Below, in pieces: positions 36,115 through 43,389 of a stretch of DNA of 64,000 bases. A program made the position numbers and the translations under genes. The first letter of the stretch is position 1. Each line of letters begins with the position of its first letter. The notes beneath the pieces were generated by a model. That model had not been told where the DNA came from, made no database searches, and worked only from the letters and a program-made list of their open reading frames with translations. The DNA is taken from positions 2,036,911 through 2,100,910 of the forward strand of contig OZ257127.1 of the NCBI GenBank assembly GCA_965278965.1, read 5' to 3'. Source of the DNA: Actinomycetes bacterium (lineage in GTDB: Bacteria; Actinomycetota; Actinomycetes; S36-B12).

Positions 36115-36432
36115 TCAGCGGTAGTTCGAGTCCGCAACCGCAACGATCAGGACGACTACGTAGATCGCCACCAGCACCACGGTGAGGACCAATCCCGCGA
36201 TGCCCAGCCAGAATCCCCACTGTGCCATCGACTTGTTGTTGGCCAGTCCCTGATCTGCCTTGTTCATTCCGATCTTGCCGAAGATGATCGCCAGGATCGA
36301 GGAGACGATCGGCGCGACGCAGCAGACGCCGACGATCCCCAGGACGAGTGCCGCGATCCCCATCGCGTTCTCTTGGGTGGATTGCGGGGGCGGTGGGTAG
36401 GCCCCGCCCGAGTATGGCGCAGGTGTTGTCAT
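36115..36432 (-). CDS. DUF4190-type small membrane protein (paralog)
   Basis: 105 aa with TPAPYSGGAY and GMNKADQGLANNKSMAQWGFWLGI. Confidence 0.7.
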   Translation of the reverse strand: MTTPAPYSGGAYPPPPQSTQENAMGIAALVLGIVGVCCVAPIVSSILAIIFGKIGMNKADQGLANNKSMAQWGFWLGIAGLVLTVVLVAIYVVVLIVAVADSNYR

Positions 36433-36552
36433 GTCTCCCCCTCGACACTATTCGCGACGCAGATTTGACCGGAATGTCACGTCGATTGCCGTGTCTAACG
36501 GTCGTCCGCCGCTACAGTCAACCTCCAACGACCGCTCGATGAGGAGTTTTGC

Positions 36553-36975
36553 GTGTCCTTCACTGATGCCATCCGGACGTGCTTGGGCAAGTACGCGACC
36601 TTCGACGGTCGCGCTACTCGCTCCGAGTTCTGGTGGTTCTACCTGTTCATCGTCATCGTGAACGTCGTCGGCTACATCCCTTTCATCATTCTCAGCCTGC
36701 TTGGCAGCATGGACAACGCCATCGGGACGCTCTTCGGCGTGCTAGCGATCCTGTGGATCATCGTCTGGATAATCATCTGGATCGCCCTGCTAATTCCGAA
36801 CCTCGCCGTCGGCTCGAGGCGCTTGCACGACACGGGGCGGTCTGGCTGGCTTCAGTTACTGCTCCTGCTCGCGATCATTCCCTGCCTTGGCCTCGTCGGC
36901 GTCATCGTTCTGATCGTCTTCTGGGCACAGGAAGGGCACCCGGGAGACAACGGCTACGGCCCGAAGCCCGCGTAA
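36553..36975 (+). CDS. DUF805-type small membrane protein
   Basis: 140 aa with F-GRATRSEFWWFYLF and RRLHDTGRSGWLQLL motifs. Confidence 0.72.
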   Translation: MSFTDAIRTCLGKYATFDGRATRSEFWWFYLFIVIVNVVGYIPFIILSLLGSMDNAIGTLFGVLAILWIIVWIIIWIALLIPNLAVGSRRLHDTGRSGWLQLLLLLAIIPCLGLVGVIVLIVFWAQEGHPGDNGYGPKPA

Positions 36976-37011
36976 CACCGCCCACCGATTCACGACCTGA
37001 CTGGAGGAGCC

Positions 37012-37377
37012 ATGGGCTTCGGCGAAGCAATCTCTAACAACCTGAGCAAGATCACGGATTTCACGGGCCGCGCCTCGCGACCTGAGTTCTGGTGGTGGAT
37101 CCTGGCTGTCTGGATCCTGAACATCATCGTCAGCATCATCACCGGTGGCGCCCGCGGCGGCAGCGGCTTCCTGTGGTTCATCGGCTGGGTCATCTCGATC
37201 ATCTTGACCCTGGCGACGATCGCGGTCGGCTGCCGTCGGCTGCACGACACCGGCAAGTCCGGCTGGTGGCAGCTGCTGTGGTTCGTCCCGTGTGTCGGCT
37301 GGATCATCCTGATCATCTTCTGGGTGCAGCCGGGTACCGCGGCGGGCGACAAGTACGGCGCCGCTCCGGCGAGCTAG
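37012..37377 (+). CDS. DUF805-type small membrane protein (paralog)
   Basis: 121 aa with FTGRASRPEFWWWIL and RRLHDTGKSGWWQLL. Confidence 0.72.
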   Translation: MGFGEAISNNLSKITDFTGRASRPEFWWWILAVWILNIIVSIITGGARGGSGFLWFIGWVISIILTLATIAVGCRRLHDTGKSGWWQLLWFVPCVGWIILIIFWVQPGTAAGDKYGAAPAS

Positions 37378-37391
37378 TACCGCAGAGCACT

Positions 37392-37431
37392 GACGAAGGG
37401 CCGCCGGCGATCGTGCCGGCGGCCCTTCGTC
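37392..37431. terminator. 17-bp-stem hairpin whose outer stem equals that of the rplI terminator
   Basis: GACGAAGGGCCGCCGGC-GATCGT-GCCGGCGGCCCTTCGTC. Confidence 0.7.
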
Positions 37432-37443
37432 CGTTCGTCGACT

Positions 37444-37490
37444 GTGCAGCTGTGCACCGGTTAGGCGGTCGACACGGGGCACAGCTGCAC
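37444..37490. terminator. Second hairpin in the convergent spacer
   Basis: GTGCAGCTGTGC (37444-37455) pairs with GCACAGCTGCAC (37479-37490), a 12-bp stem. It is flanked by direct CGTTCGTCG repeats. Confidence 0.55.
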
Positions 37491-37503
37491 GTTCGTCGCC
37501 CGG

Positions 37504-38046
37504 TCAGGCGCGCAGCATCGCCGGGAGCTGGGCGACGAGGCCGTCGGCCGCCGGCTCGATCAGCGCCAGCATCGCCGCGAAGTCGGCCGGCCCGCCGTAG
37601 TACGGGTCGGGGACGTCTAGGCGGGCGTCGGGGTCGGCGATGCCCTCGAGGGCGGGGTCGAAGCTCCGCAACATCCGCACGGTGGCCCCGCTGCCCGCGC
37701 GGTCGACGATCTGCGTCAGGTCGGCGTAGTTGGCCGTGTCCATCGCCAGCAGGAGGTCACGCCCGGCCGCTCCCGTCAGCCACGACCCGGCGATCTGCCG
37801 AGCGGTGTGGTCGTGCAGGTAGCCGTGAGCGTCGAGGAGCGCCCGCGAGCGGCGGTCCATGTCGTGGCCCACGTGCCACTCGCCGGTCCCCGCCGACGCG
37901 ACCTCGACGGCGTCGGACAGGCCCGCGGCATCGATCCGCTGGCGCAGGACGGCCTCGGCGACGGGGGATCTGCAGATGTTGCCCAGGCAGACGGCGACGA
38001 TGCGGTATGGCACGGCCGGCAGGCTAGCCGGGCCGGCGACCGACAT
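37504..38046 (-). CDS. Low-molecular-weight protein-tyrosine/arsenate-reductase-type phosphatase
   Basis: CLGNICRSP (CX5R-S) P-loop and the DPYY motif. The start is ATG 38046 or GTG 38013. Confidence 0.85.
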   Translation of the reverse strand: MSVAGPASLPAVPYRIVAVCLGNICRSPVAEAVLRQRIDAAGLSDAVEVASAGTGEWHVGHDMDRRSRALLDAHGYLHDHTARQIAGSWLTGAAGRDLLLAMDTANYADLTQIVDRAGSGATVRMLRSFDPALEGIADPDARLDVPDPYYGGPADFAAMLALIEPAADGLVAQLPAMLRA

Positions 38047-38072
38047 GCCGGCGACACCAGCGGGGAATCTTT

Positions 38073-38215
38073 TCATCCACAGGCTGAGCACACCGATCGG
38101 CCCGTTCCCACGAGAGAATCGCAGGTGCGACCGAGGCTGGGTCCACAGGACGTCCACAGACTCGTCGGCAAGGCCGTCGCGCGTCGCCCACAGGTCATGC
38201 ACAGGCTCGTCCACA
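38073..38215 (+). promoter_or_regulatory. Cluster of five same-orientation DnaA-box-like 9-mers upstream of dnaB
   Basis: TCATCCACA 38073-38081, GGGTCCACA 38139-38147, ACGTCCACA 38150-38158, TCGCCCACA 38184-38192 and TCGTCCACA 38207-38215. Confidence 0.45.
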
Positions 38216-38346
38216 GGCTGCGTTGCGACTCACCGGGCCGCTGCCTAGGTTGGCCGTCGCCGATCGAATGTCGGACCGCCGGGGTAGAAACGACCTCAGC
38301 GAGCGGCGACTGGCCGGTTCGGCACCGGCGATCGGGAGGGGGCCAG

Positions 38347-39705
38347 GTGAGCGTCTCAGAGCTTCACGCCGTCCCTGAGGACCGCGGTCCCGACCGCACG
38401 CCGCCGAACAACTTCGCCGCCGAGCAATCGGTCCTCGGGGCCATGCTCCTGAGCAAGGACGCGATCGCTGACGTCGTCGAGGTACTGCGCGAGGACGACT
38501 TCTACCGCCCGTCGCACCAGGTCGTCTTCGGCACCATCCTGGACCTCTACGGGCGTGGCGAACCCGCTGACGCGGTGACCGTGGCCGCCGAGCTGACCCG
38601 GATCGGCGAGATCGCGCGCGTGGGCGGAGCCCCGTACCTGCACACGCTGGTCTCGCTCGTGTCGACCGCGGCCAACGCCGGGTACTACGGCCAGATCGTG
38701 CGGGAGCAGGCGATCCTGCGTCGGCTGGTCGAGGCAGGCACGCGCATCGTCTCGATGGGCTACGGCGGCACCGGCGACGTCGACCAGATCGTGGACCGCG
38801 CGCAGGCCGAGGTCTACGACATCACGGACCGCCGCACGAGCGAGGACTATGCGCCGCTCTCGGACATCATGGGCGACGCCCTCAATGAGATCGAGGCGAT
38901 CTCGAACCGAGGTGGCGAGATGGTCGGCGTGCCGACCGGCTTCGTCGACCTGGACAAGCTGACGAACGGTCTGCACCCCGGTCAGCTCATCATCATCGCC
39001 GCGAGGCCGGCGATTGGTAAGTCTACCCTCGGGGTAGACATTGCCCGGGCGGCGTCGATCAAGCACGGTCTGACCAGCGTCATCTTCTCCCTGGAGATGA
39101 GCCGCAGCGAGATTGTGATGCGCCTGCTGTCCGCGGAGGCGCAGGTGCCGCTGCACCACATGCGCGCGGGCACGATGAGCGACGGGGACTGGCAGAAGCT
39201 CGCGCCAAAGTTCGGTGCCCTGAGCGAGTCTCCGCTGTTCATCGACGACTCCCCGAACATGACGCTCATGGAGATCCGGGCGAAGTGCCGGCGGCTCAAG
39301 CAGCGCAACGACCTGCGGCTGGTCATCGTCGACTACCTGCAGCTCATGACCAGCGGCAAGAAAGTCGAGAGCCGCCAGCAGGAGGTGTCGGAGTTCTCCC
39401 GATCGCTGAAGCTCCTTGCCAAGGAGCTGAGCGTCCCAGTCATCGCCATCAGCCAGCTGAACCGTGGTCCCGAGCAGCGCGTCGACAAGAAGCCGATGCT
39501 CTCCGACCTACGCGAATCGGGCTCTCTAGAGCAAGATGCGGACATGGTGGTGCTGCTGCACCGCGAGGACGCTTACGAGAAGGAGTCCCCGCGCGCCGGT
39601 GAGGCGGACTTCATCGTCGCCAAGCACCGCAACGGCCCGACCCAGACCGTGACCGTGGCCTTCCAGGGCCACTACTCCCGCTTCGTCGACATGGCGCACA
39701 CCTAG
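38347..39705 (+). CDS. dnaB: Replicative DNA helicase DnaB (no intein)
   Basis: PPNNFAAEQSVLGAMLL, Walker A AARPAIGKSTL, IVDYLQLM and LRESGSLEQDADMV. The GTG at 38347 has GGGAGGGGG upstream. Confidence 0.93.
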   Translation: MSVSELHAVPEDRGPDRTPPNNFAAEQSVLGAMLLSKDAIADVVEVLREDDFYRPSHQVVFGTILDLYGRGEPADAVTVAAELTRIGEIARVGGAPYLHTLVSLVSTAANAGYYGQIVREQAILRRLVEAGTRIVSMGYGGTGDVDQIVDRAQAEVYDITDRRTSEDYAPLSDIMGDALNEIEAISNRGGEMVGVPTGFVDLDKLTNGLHPGQLIIIAARPAIGKSTLGVDIARAASIKHGLTSVIFSLEMSRSEIVMRLLSAEAQVPLHHMRAGTMSDGDWQKLAPKFGALSESPLFIDDSPNMTLMEIRAKCRRLKQRNDLRLVIVDYLQLMTSGKKVESRQQEVSEFSRSLKLLAKELSVPVIAISQLNRGPEQRVDKKPMLSDLRESGSLEQDADMVVLLHREDAYEKESPRAGEADFIVAKHRNGPTQTVTVAFQGHYSRFVDMAHT

Positions 39706-39723
39706 CCGAACCGCTGCAACCCG

Positions 39724-39780
39724 CGACCTTGAGGTTGGCGACGCAGAATCGGCTCTGACGTGTCGCCAACCTCAAGGTCG
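39724..39780. repeat. 19-bp-stem hairpin between convergent dnaB and an SDR gene
   Basis: CGACCTTGAGGTTGGCGAC (39724-39742) pairs with GTCGCCAACCTCAAGGTCG (39762-39780). It probably also acts as a bidirectional terminator. Confidence 0.75.
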
Positions 39781-39786
39781 GCGGTG

Positions 39787-40536
39787 TCACACGCGCAGCG
39801 TGGACATGCCCCCGTCGACGTGCATCACGACACCGGTCGTGCTCGCTGACGCCGGCGAGGCGAGGAACACGATCATCTCGGCGACCTCGTCCGGCTGCAC
39901 GAGTCGCCCGATCGGCTGACGCGCGCGCAACGCCTCGGCCATCGCCGCTGGGTCCTCGGCCTGCTGCAGCAGGCGGTCGACCCACGGCGTCTCGACCGTT
40001 CCCGGCGCGACGGCGTTGACACGGATCCCCTCGACGCAGTGGTCGGCGGCCATCGCCATCGTCATCGCGTGGACCGCGCCCTTGCTCGCGCTGTAGAGCA
40101 CCCGGTCGCGAACGCCGACGAACGCCACCACCGAGCACGTGTTCACGATCGAGGCGTGGTCGGACACCCGTAGATACGGCAAGGCGGCCCGGGCCACTCG
40201 CGCCATCCCCGTGACGTTGACGTCGAGGACGCGCGTCCACTCCTCGTCGGAGTTTCGAGCGACGTCGCCGACCGCGCCAATGCCGGCGTTGTTCACGACG
40301 ATGTCGAGCCCCCCGAGCGCCTCGGCCGCCTGTGCGACACAACGTGCCACGGCGTCGCCATCGGTGACGTCGCAGGCGAGCGAGACGACGCCGTCCGGGA
40401 CGCCGTCCGGCTCGCGGTCGAGGACCGCCACGCTTGCCCCGCGACGCAGAAGCAGCGCGACCACGGACGCCCCGATTCCGCTCGCCCCGCCGGTCACGAT
40501 CGCCGAAAGCCCGTGCAGGTCTCCCTCGTCGCTCAT
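39787..40536 (-). CDS. Short-chain dehydrogenase/reductase
   Basis: TGGASGIG, NNAG and YSASKGAV motifs. The ATG at 40536 overlaps the upstream stop (ATGA). Confidence 0.85.
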   Translation of the reverse strand: MSDEGDLHGLSAIVTGGASGIGASVVALLLRRGASVAVLDREPDGVPDGVVSLACDVTDGDAVARCVAQAAEALGGLDIVVNNAGIGAVGDVARNSDEEWTRVLDVNVTGMARVARAALPYLRVSDHASIVNTCSVVAFVGVRDRVLYSASKGAVHAMTMAMAADHCVEGIRVNAVAPGTVETPWVDRLLQQAEDPAAMAEALRARQPIGRLVQPDEVAEMIVFLASPASASTTGVVMHVDGGMSTLRV

Positions 40537-41576
40537 CGCCACGCTCCTTCGTTCTCGCGATCGGCCCGCGTCGGGTCGACGTGCACCTTCGGACCCGGGC
40601 CGGCCGAGCCAGGCCGCCAGCCGCCCAGCACGTCGCCGACGGACTCCAGCCCCACGGTGGCGCTCACCAGCGGGCGGGGGTCGACGACTCCGCGGGCGAG
40701 CAGGTCGATCGTCGCATCCAGGGCCGGGGACGCGGAGAGGATTCCGACCACGGTGACGTCCTTCAGCGCGACCGCCCGCGTGTCCACGACGCTCGGCTCA
40801 CCTGCCAGCCCGATCAGCACGACGCGGCCGCCGGGCTCCACGCGGTCGACGCCGAAGGCCGGCATGGACTGTCCGTGCGTCGCGTCGATGACGGCGTCGA
40901 ACGGGACGTCGGGCAGGTCGTCGGCGGTCCACACATGTTCGAAGCCGAGCGCGCGGGCGAAGGTCAGGCTGTCCGGCGTGACCCCCAGGAGGTGCACGCG
41001 CGCTCCCGACGCGCGGACGAACATCGCGGTCAGCAGGCCGATGGTCCCCGGTCCGAGCACGAGCACCTGGTCGTCGGGACCGGCGGCCGCGCCCTGGGCT
41101 GCCCGCAGCGCGTTCCCGGCTGGCTCGACGAGAGCACCGAGGGTCGGGTCGAGGCCGTCCGGGAGCCCGTGCAGCGACGCGACCGGCACCGCCACCTGCT
41201 CCGCGAGGGCGCCGGCGCGGCCGAACCGGATCCCGACCTCCTCGCGCGCCGCGCACACGTGCTGCTGCCCGCGCCGGCATCTCCGGCAGGTGCCGTCGCC
41301 GAGCATCGTGTCCCCCATGACCCGCCGGCCGATCCACGACGGGTCGACGCCGGAGCCGACCTCGCGCACGCGTCCGCACCACTCGTGGCCCAGGCGCATC
41401 GGGTAGGAGGCCTGACCGTCGTGCAGGTACGCCATCTCACCGGTGAAGAACTCGACGTCGGTCCCGCAGACGCCGACTCGTTCGACGTCGACGACGGCTT
41501 CGCCCGCAGCCGCGACCGGCACGGGGACGTCCTGCACCTTGAACGTGCGCGGCCCGGTGAGGACGAACGCGCGCAT
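40533..41576 (-). CDS. Zinc-dependent medium-chain alcohol/polyol dehydrogenase
   Basis: GVCGTDVEF, GHEWCGRV, a CRRCRRGQQHVC structural-zinc loop and GPGTIGLL. Confidence 0.85.
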   Translation of the reverse strand: MRAFVLTGPRTFKVQDVPVPVAAAGEAVVDVERVGVCGTDVEFFTGEMAYLHDGQASYPMRLGHEWCGRVREVGSGVDPSWIGRRVMGDTMLGDGTCRRCRRGQQHVCAAREEVGIRFGRAGALAEQVAVPVASLHGLPDGLDPTLGALVEPAGNALRAAQGAAAGPDDQVLVLGPGTIGLLTAMFVRASGARVHLLGVTPDSLTFARALGFEHVWTADDLPDVPFDAVIDATHGQSMPAFGVDRVEPGGRVVLIGLAGEPSVVDTRAVALKDVTVVGILSASPALDATIDLLARGVVDPRPLVSATVGLESVGDVLGGWRPGSAGPGPKVHVDPTRADRENEGAWR

Positions 41577-41587
41577 GGAGGGGTGGG

Positions 41588-42439
41588 TCACCGAGGAGCC
41601 AGGACCTGCTGGCGCTGGGTGCCGAGACCGTCGATGCCGAGGGTCATGACGTCCCCGGGCTGCAGCCAGATCTGCGGGTCGTACCCCATCCCGACGCCCG
41701 GCGGCGTGCCCGTGTTGATGAGGTCGCCCGGCTCCAGCACGAGGAACTGGCTCAGGTAGTGGACGATCACATACGGGTCGAACACCATCGTGCTCGTGCT
41801 GCCGGTCTGCCGGCGGATGCCGTTGACGTCCAACCACATCGGCAGGTCCAGTACGTCCGAGATCTCGTCGGGCGTGACGAGCCACGGCCCGCACGGGTTG
41901 AAGGTCTCCGCAGACTTGCCCTTCGACCACTGGCCGCCGCGCTCCAGCTGGAACTCCCGCTCGCTGACGTCGTTGACGACGCAGAACCCGGCGATCGCGT
42001 CGCGCGCGTCGTCGACCGAGTCGAGATAGCTCGTCTGCTGTCCGATGACGATCCCGAGCTCGACCTCCCAGTCGGTCTTGATCGAGCCGCGAGGGATCCG
42101 CACGTCGTCGTCCGGACCGATCAGCGTGTTCGGCGACTTCGTGAACACGATTGGCTCGTCCGGAACCGCCTGGCCGGTCTCGGCGGCGTGGTCGCGGAAG
42201 TTCAAGCCGATGCACAGGATCTGGTGCGGTCGGGCGATCGGCGCCCCGATGCGCTCGCCCGCGAACCGGGTGACGGCTCCGCTGGCCGCCCGCTCGGCGA
42301 CGACCGGCCGGATGCGCTCGATGCCGCCCCCGCCGATGAAGGCCTCGTCGAAGTCGGGCACGACGTCCGCCAGGTCGACGTACGTGTCGTCGTCGATCCG
42401 GGCGACCGGGCGCTCGCTCCCGGCGTCGCCGATACGCAT
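41588..42439 (-). CDS. Fumarylacetoacetate hydrolase (FAH) family protein
   Basis: ILCIGLNFRDHAAE, WEVELGIVIG and GDLINTGTPPGVG motifs. Confidence 0.85.
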   Translation of the reverse strand: MRIGDAGSERPVARIDDDTYVDLADVVPDFDEAFIGGGGIERIRPVVAERAASGAVTRFAGERIGAPIARPHQILCIGLNFRDHAAETGQAVPDEPIVFTKSPNTLIGPDDDVRIPRGSIKTDWEVELGIVIGQQTSYLDSVDDARDAIAGFCVVNDVSEREFQLERGGQWSKGKSAETFNPCGPWLVTPDEISDVLDLPMWLDVNGIRRQTGSTSTMVFDPYVIVHYLSQFLVLEPGDLINTGTPPGVGMGYDPQIWLQPGDVMTLGIDGLGTQRQQVLAPR

Positions 42440-43338
42440 CAGGTGCACGTGGTCCTCCACAGGGGTGCGGGCTGCCCGGGCACGTCGACCCGAGTCGTGA
42501 AGAGCATGCCGGACTCCGGCCGCCGCCGCCGCTCCCGGGGCGTCATGCCTTTCGTCGCCGTCGTCACGACCATCGTCCGCAGGTCTGCGCCGGCGAACGC
42601 GACGGAGGTGACGTTCGGTGCGGGGACGACGACCTCGGCGACCGGCACCCCGGTCGGGTCGAAGCGGCGCACGACACCGCGGCCCCAGAAGGCGATCCAC
42701 AGGTGATCATCGGCATCGCACGTGAGCCCGTCGGGCAGGTCGTCGTCGAACCGCAGGTGCACCGCCCGCTGGCCCACCTCGGTCGGTCCGTAGTCGCGGA
42801 CGTAGACGGTGCGGCGCATCGTGTCGACGCTGAACAGGCGGGAGCCGTCCGCGGACCACGCCAGGCCGTTCGACAGCGTGAGGTCGTCGTCGAGGGTCGT
42901 CAGCGTCCCGTCGGCCTCGAGGCGCACCAGCGCCTCTGAGGTCGACGGCTCGTCGTCGGGCGTGCACGTGCCGACGACGAACCGGCCCTGGGGGTCGCAC
43001 GATCCGTCGTTCAGTCGGTGGAGCGACCCGGGTGCGACGACCTGGGGGCCGTCGGTGCGCGAGCCGTCGGGACCGACCACGACGAGCCGGTCCCGCGCGG
43101 CGACGAGGATCGAGCCGTCCTGCGCTGGAACGGCGGCTCCGACGGATCCGCCGACGTCGATCCGGTCCACCACCTCGACGTGACCACCGGCGAGGCGGCC
43201 GACGAGAACGCGGCCGACCCGGATGTCGACCCACACCACCCGCTCGCGTACGGGATCCCACACAGGCCCTTCGCCCAGGTCGTGCACGACGTCGAGTGCG
43301 ACCGTCGCGGCGAGGCGGGGGAGCCGTCGACGCCACAT
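42439..43338 (-). CDS. SMP-30/gluconolactonase/LRE-family lactonase
   Basis: GEGPVWD, RLNDGSCDPQGRF, SNGLAWSADG and PDGLTCDADDHLWIAFWG. These are the last 299 codons of ORF 42439..45276. Confidence 0.85.
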   Translation of the reverse strand: MWRRRLPRLAATVALDVVHDLGEGPVWDPVRERVVWVDIRVGRVLVGRLAGGHVEVVDRIDVGGSVGAAVPAQDGSILVAARDRLVVVGPDGSRTDGPQVVAPGSLHRLNDGSCDPQGRFVVGTCTPDDEPSTSEALVRLEADGTLTTLDDDLTLSNGLAWSADGSRLFSVDTMRRTVYVRDYGPTEVGQRAVHLRFDDDLPDGLTCDADDHLWIAFWGRGVVRRFDPTGVPVAEVVVPAPNVTSVAFAGADLRTMVVTTATKGMTPRERRRRPESGMLFTTRVDVPGQPAPLWRTTCT

Positions 43339-43389
43339 GCGTCCGACTGTAGGCGTCGGCGAGGCGCCGTCAGTGGCACAGTGACGCAC

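Noticed and set aside
35766-37377. Calling the small-membrane-gene islet a mobile element
   Set aside because: There is no integrase, transposase, tRNA attachment site or terminal inverted repeats of the IS type. Only composition and the flanking related hairpins hint at acquisition, so it is reported as a finding, not as a mobile_element feature.
38347-39705. Intein in dnaB, as in M. tuberculosis
   Set aside because: The 452-aa product is colinear with intein-free DnaB. The segments around the usual insertion point (IVDYLQLM ... SQLNR) are contiguous.
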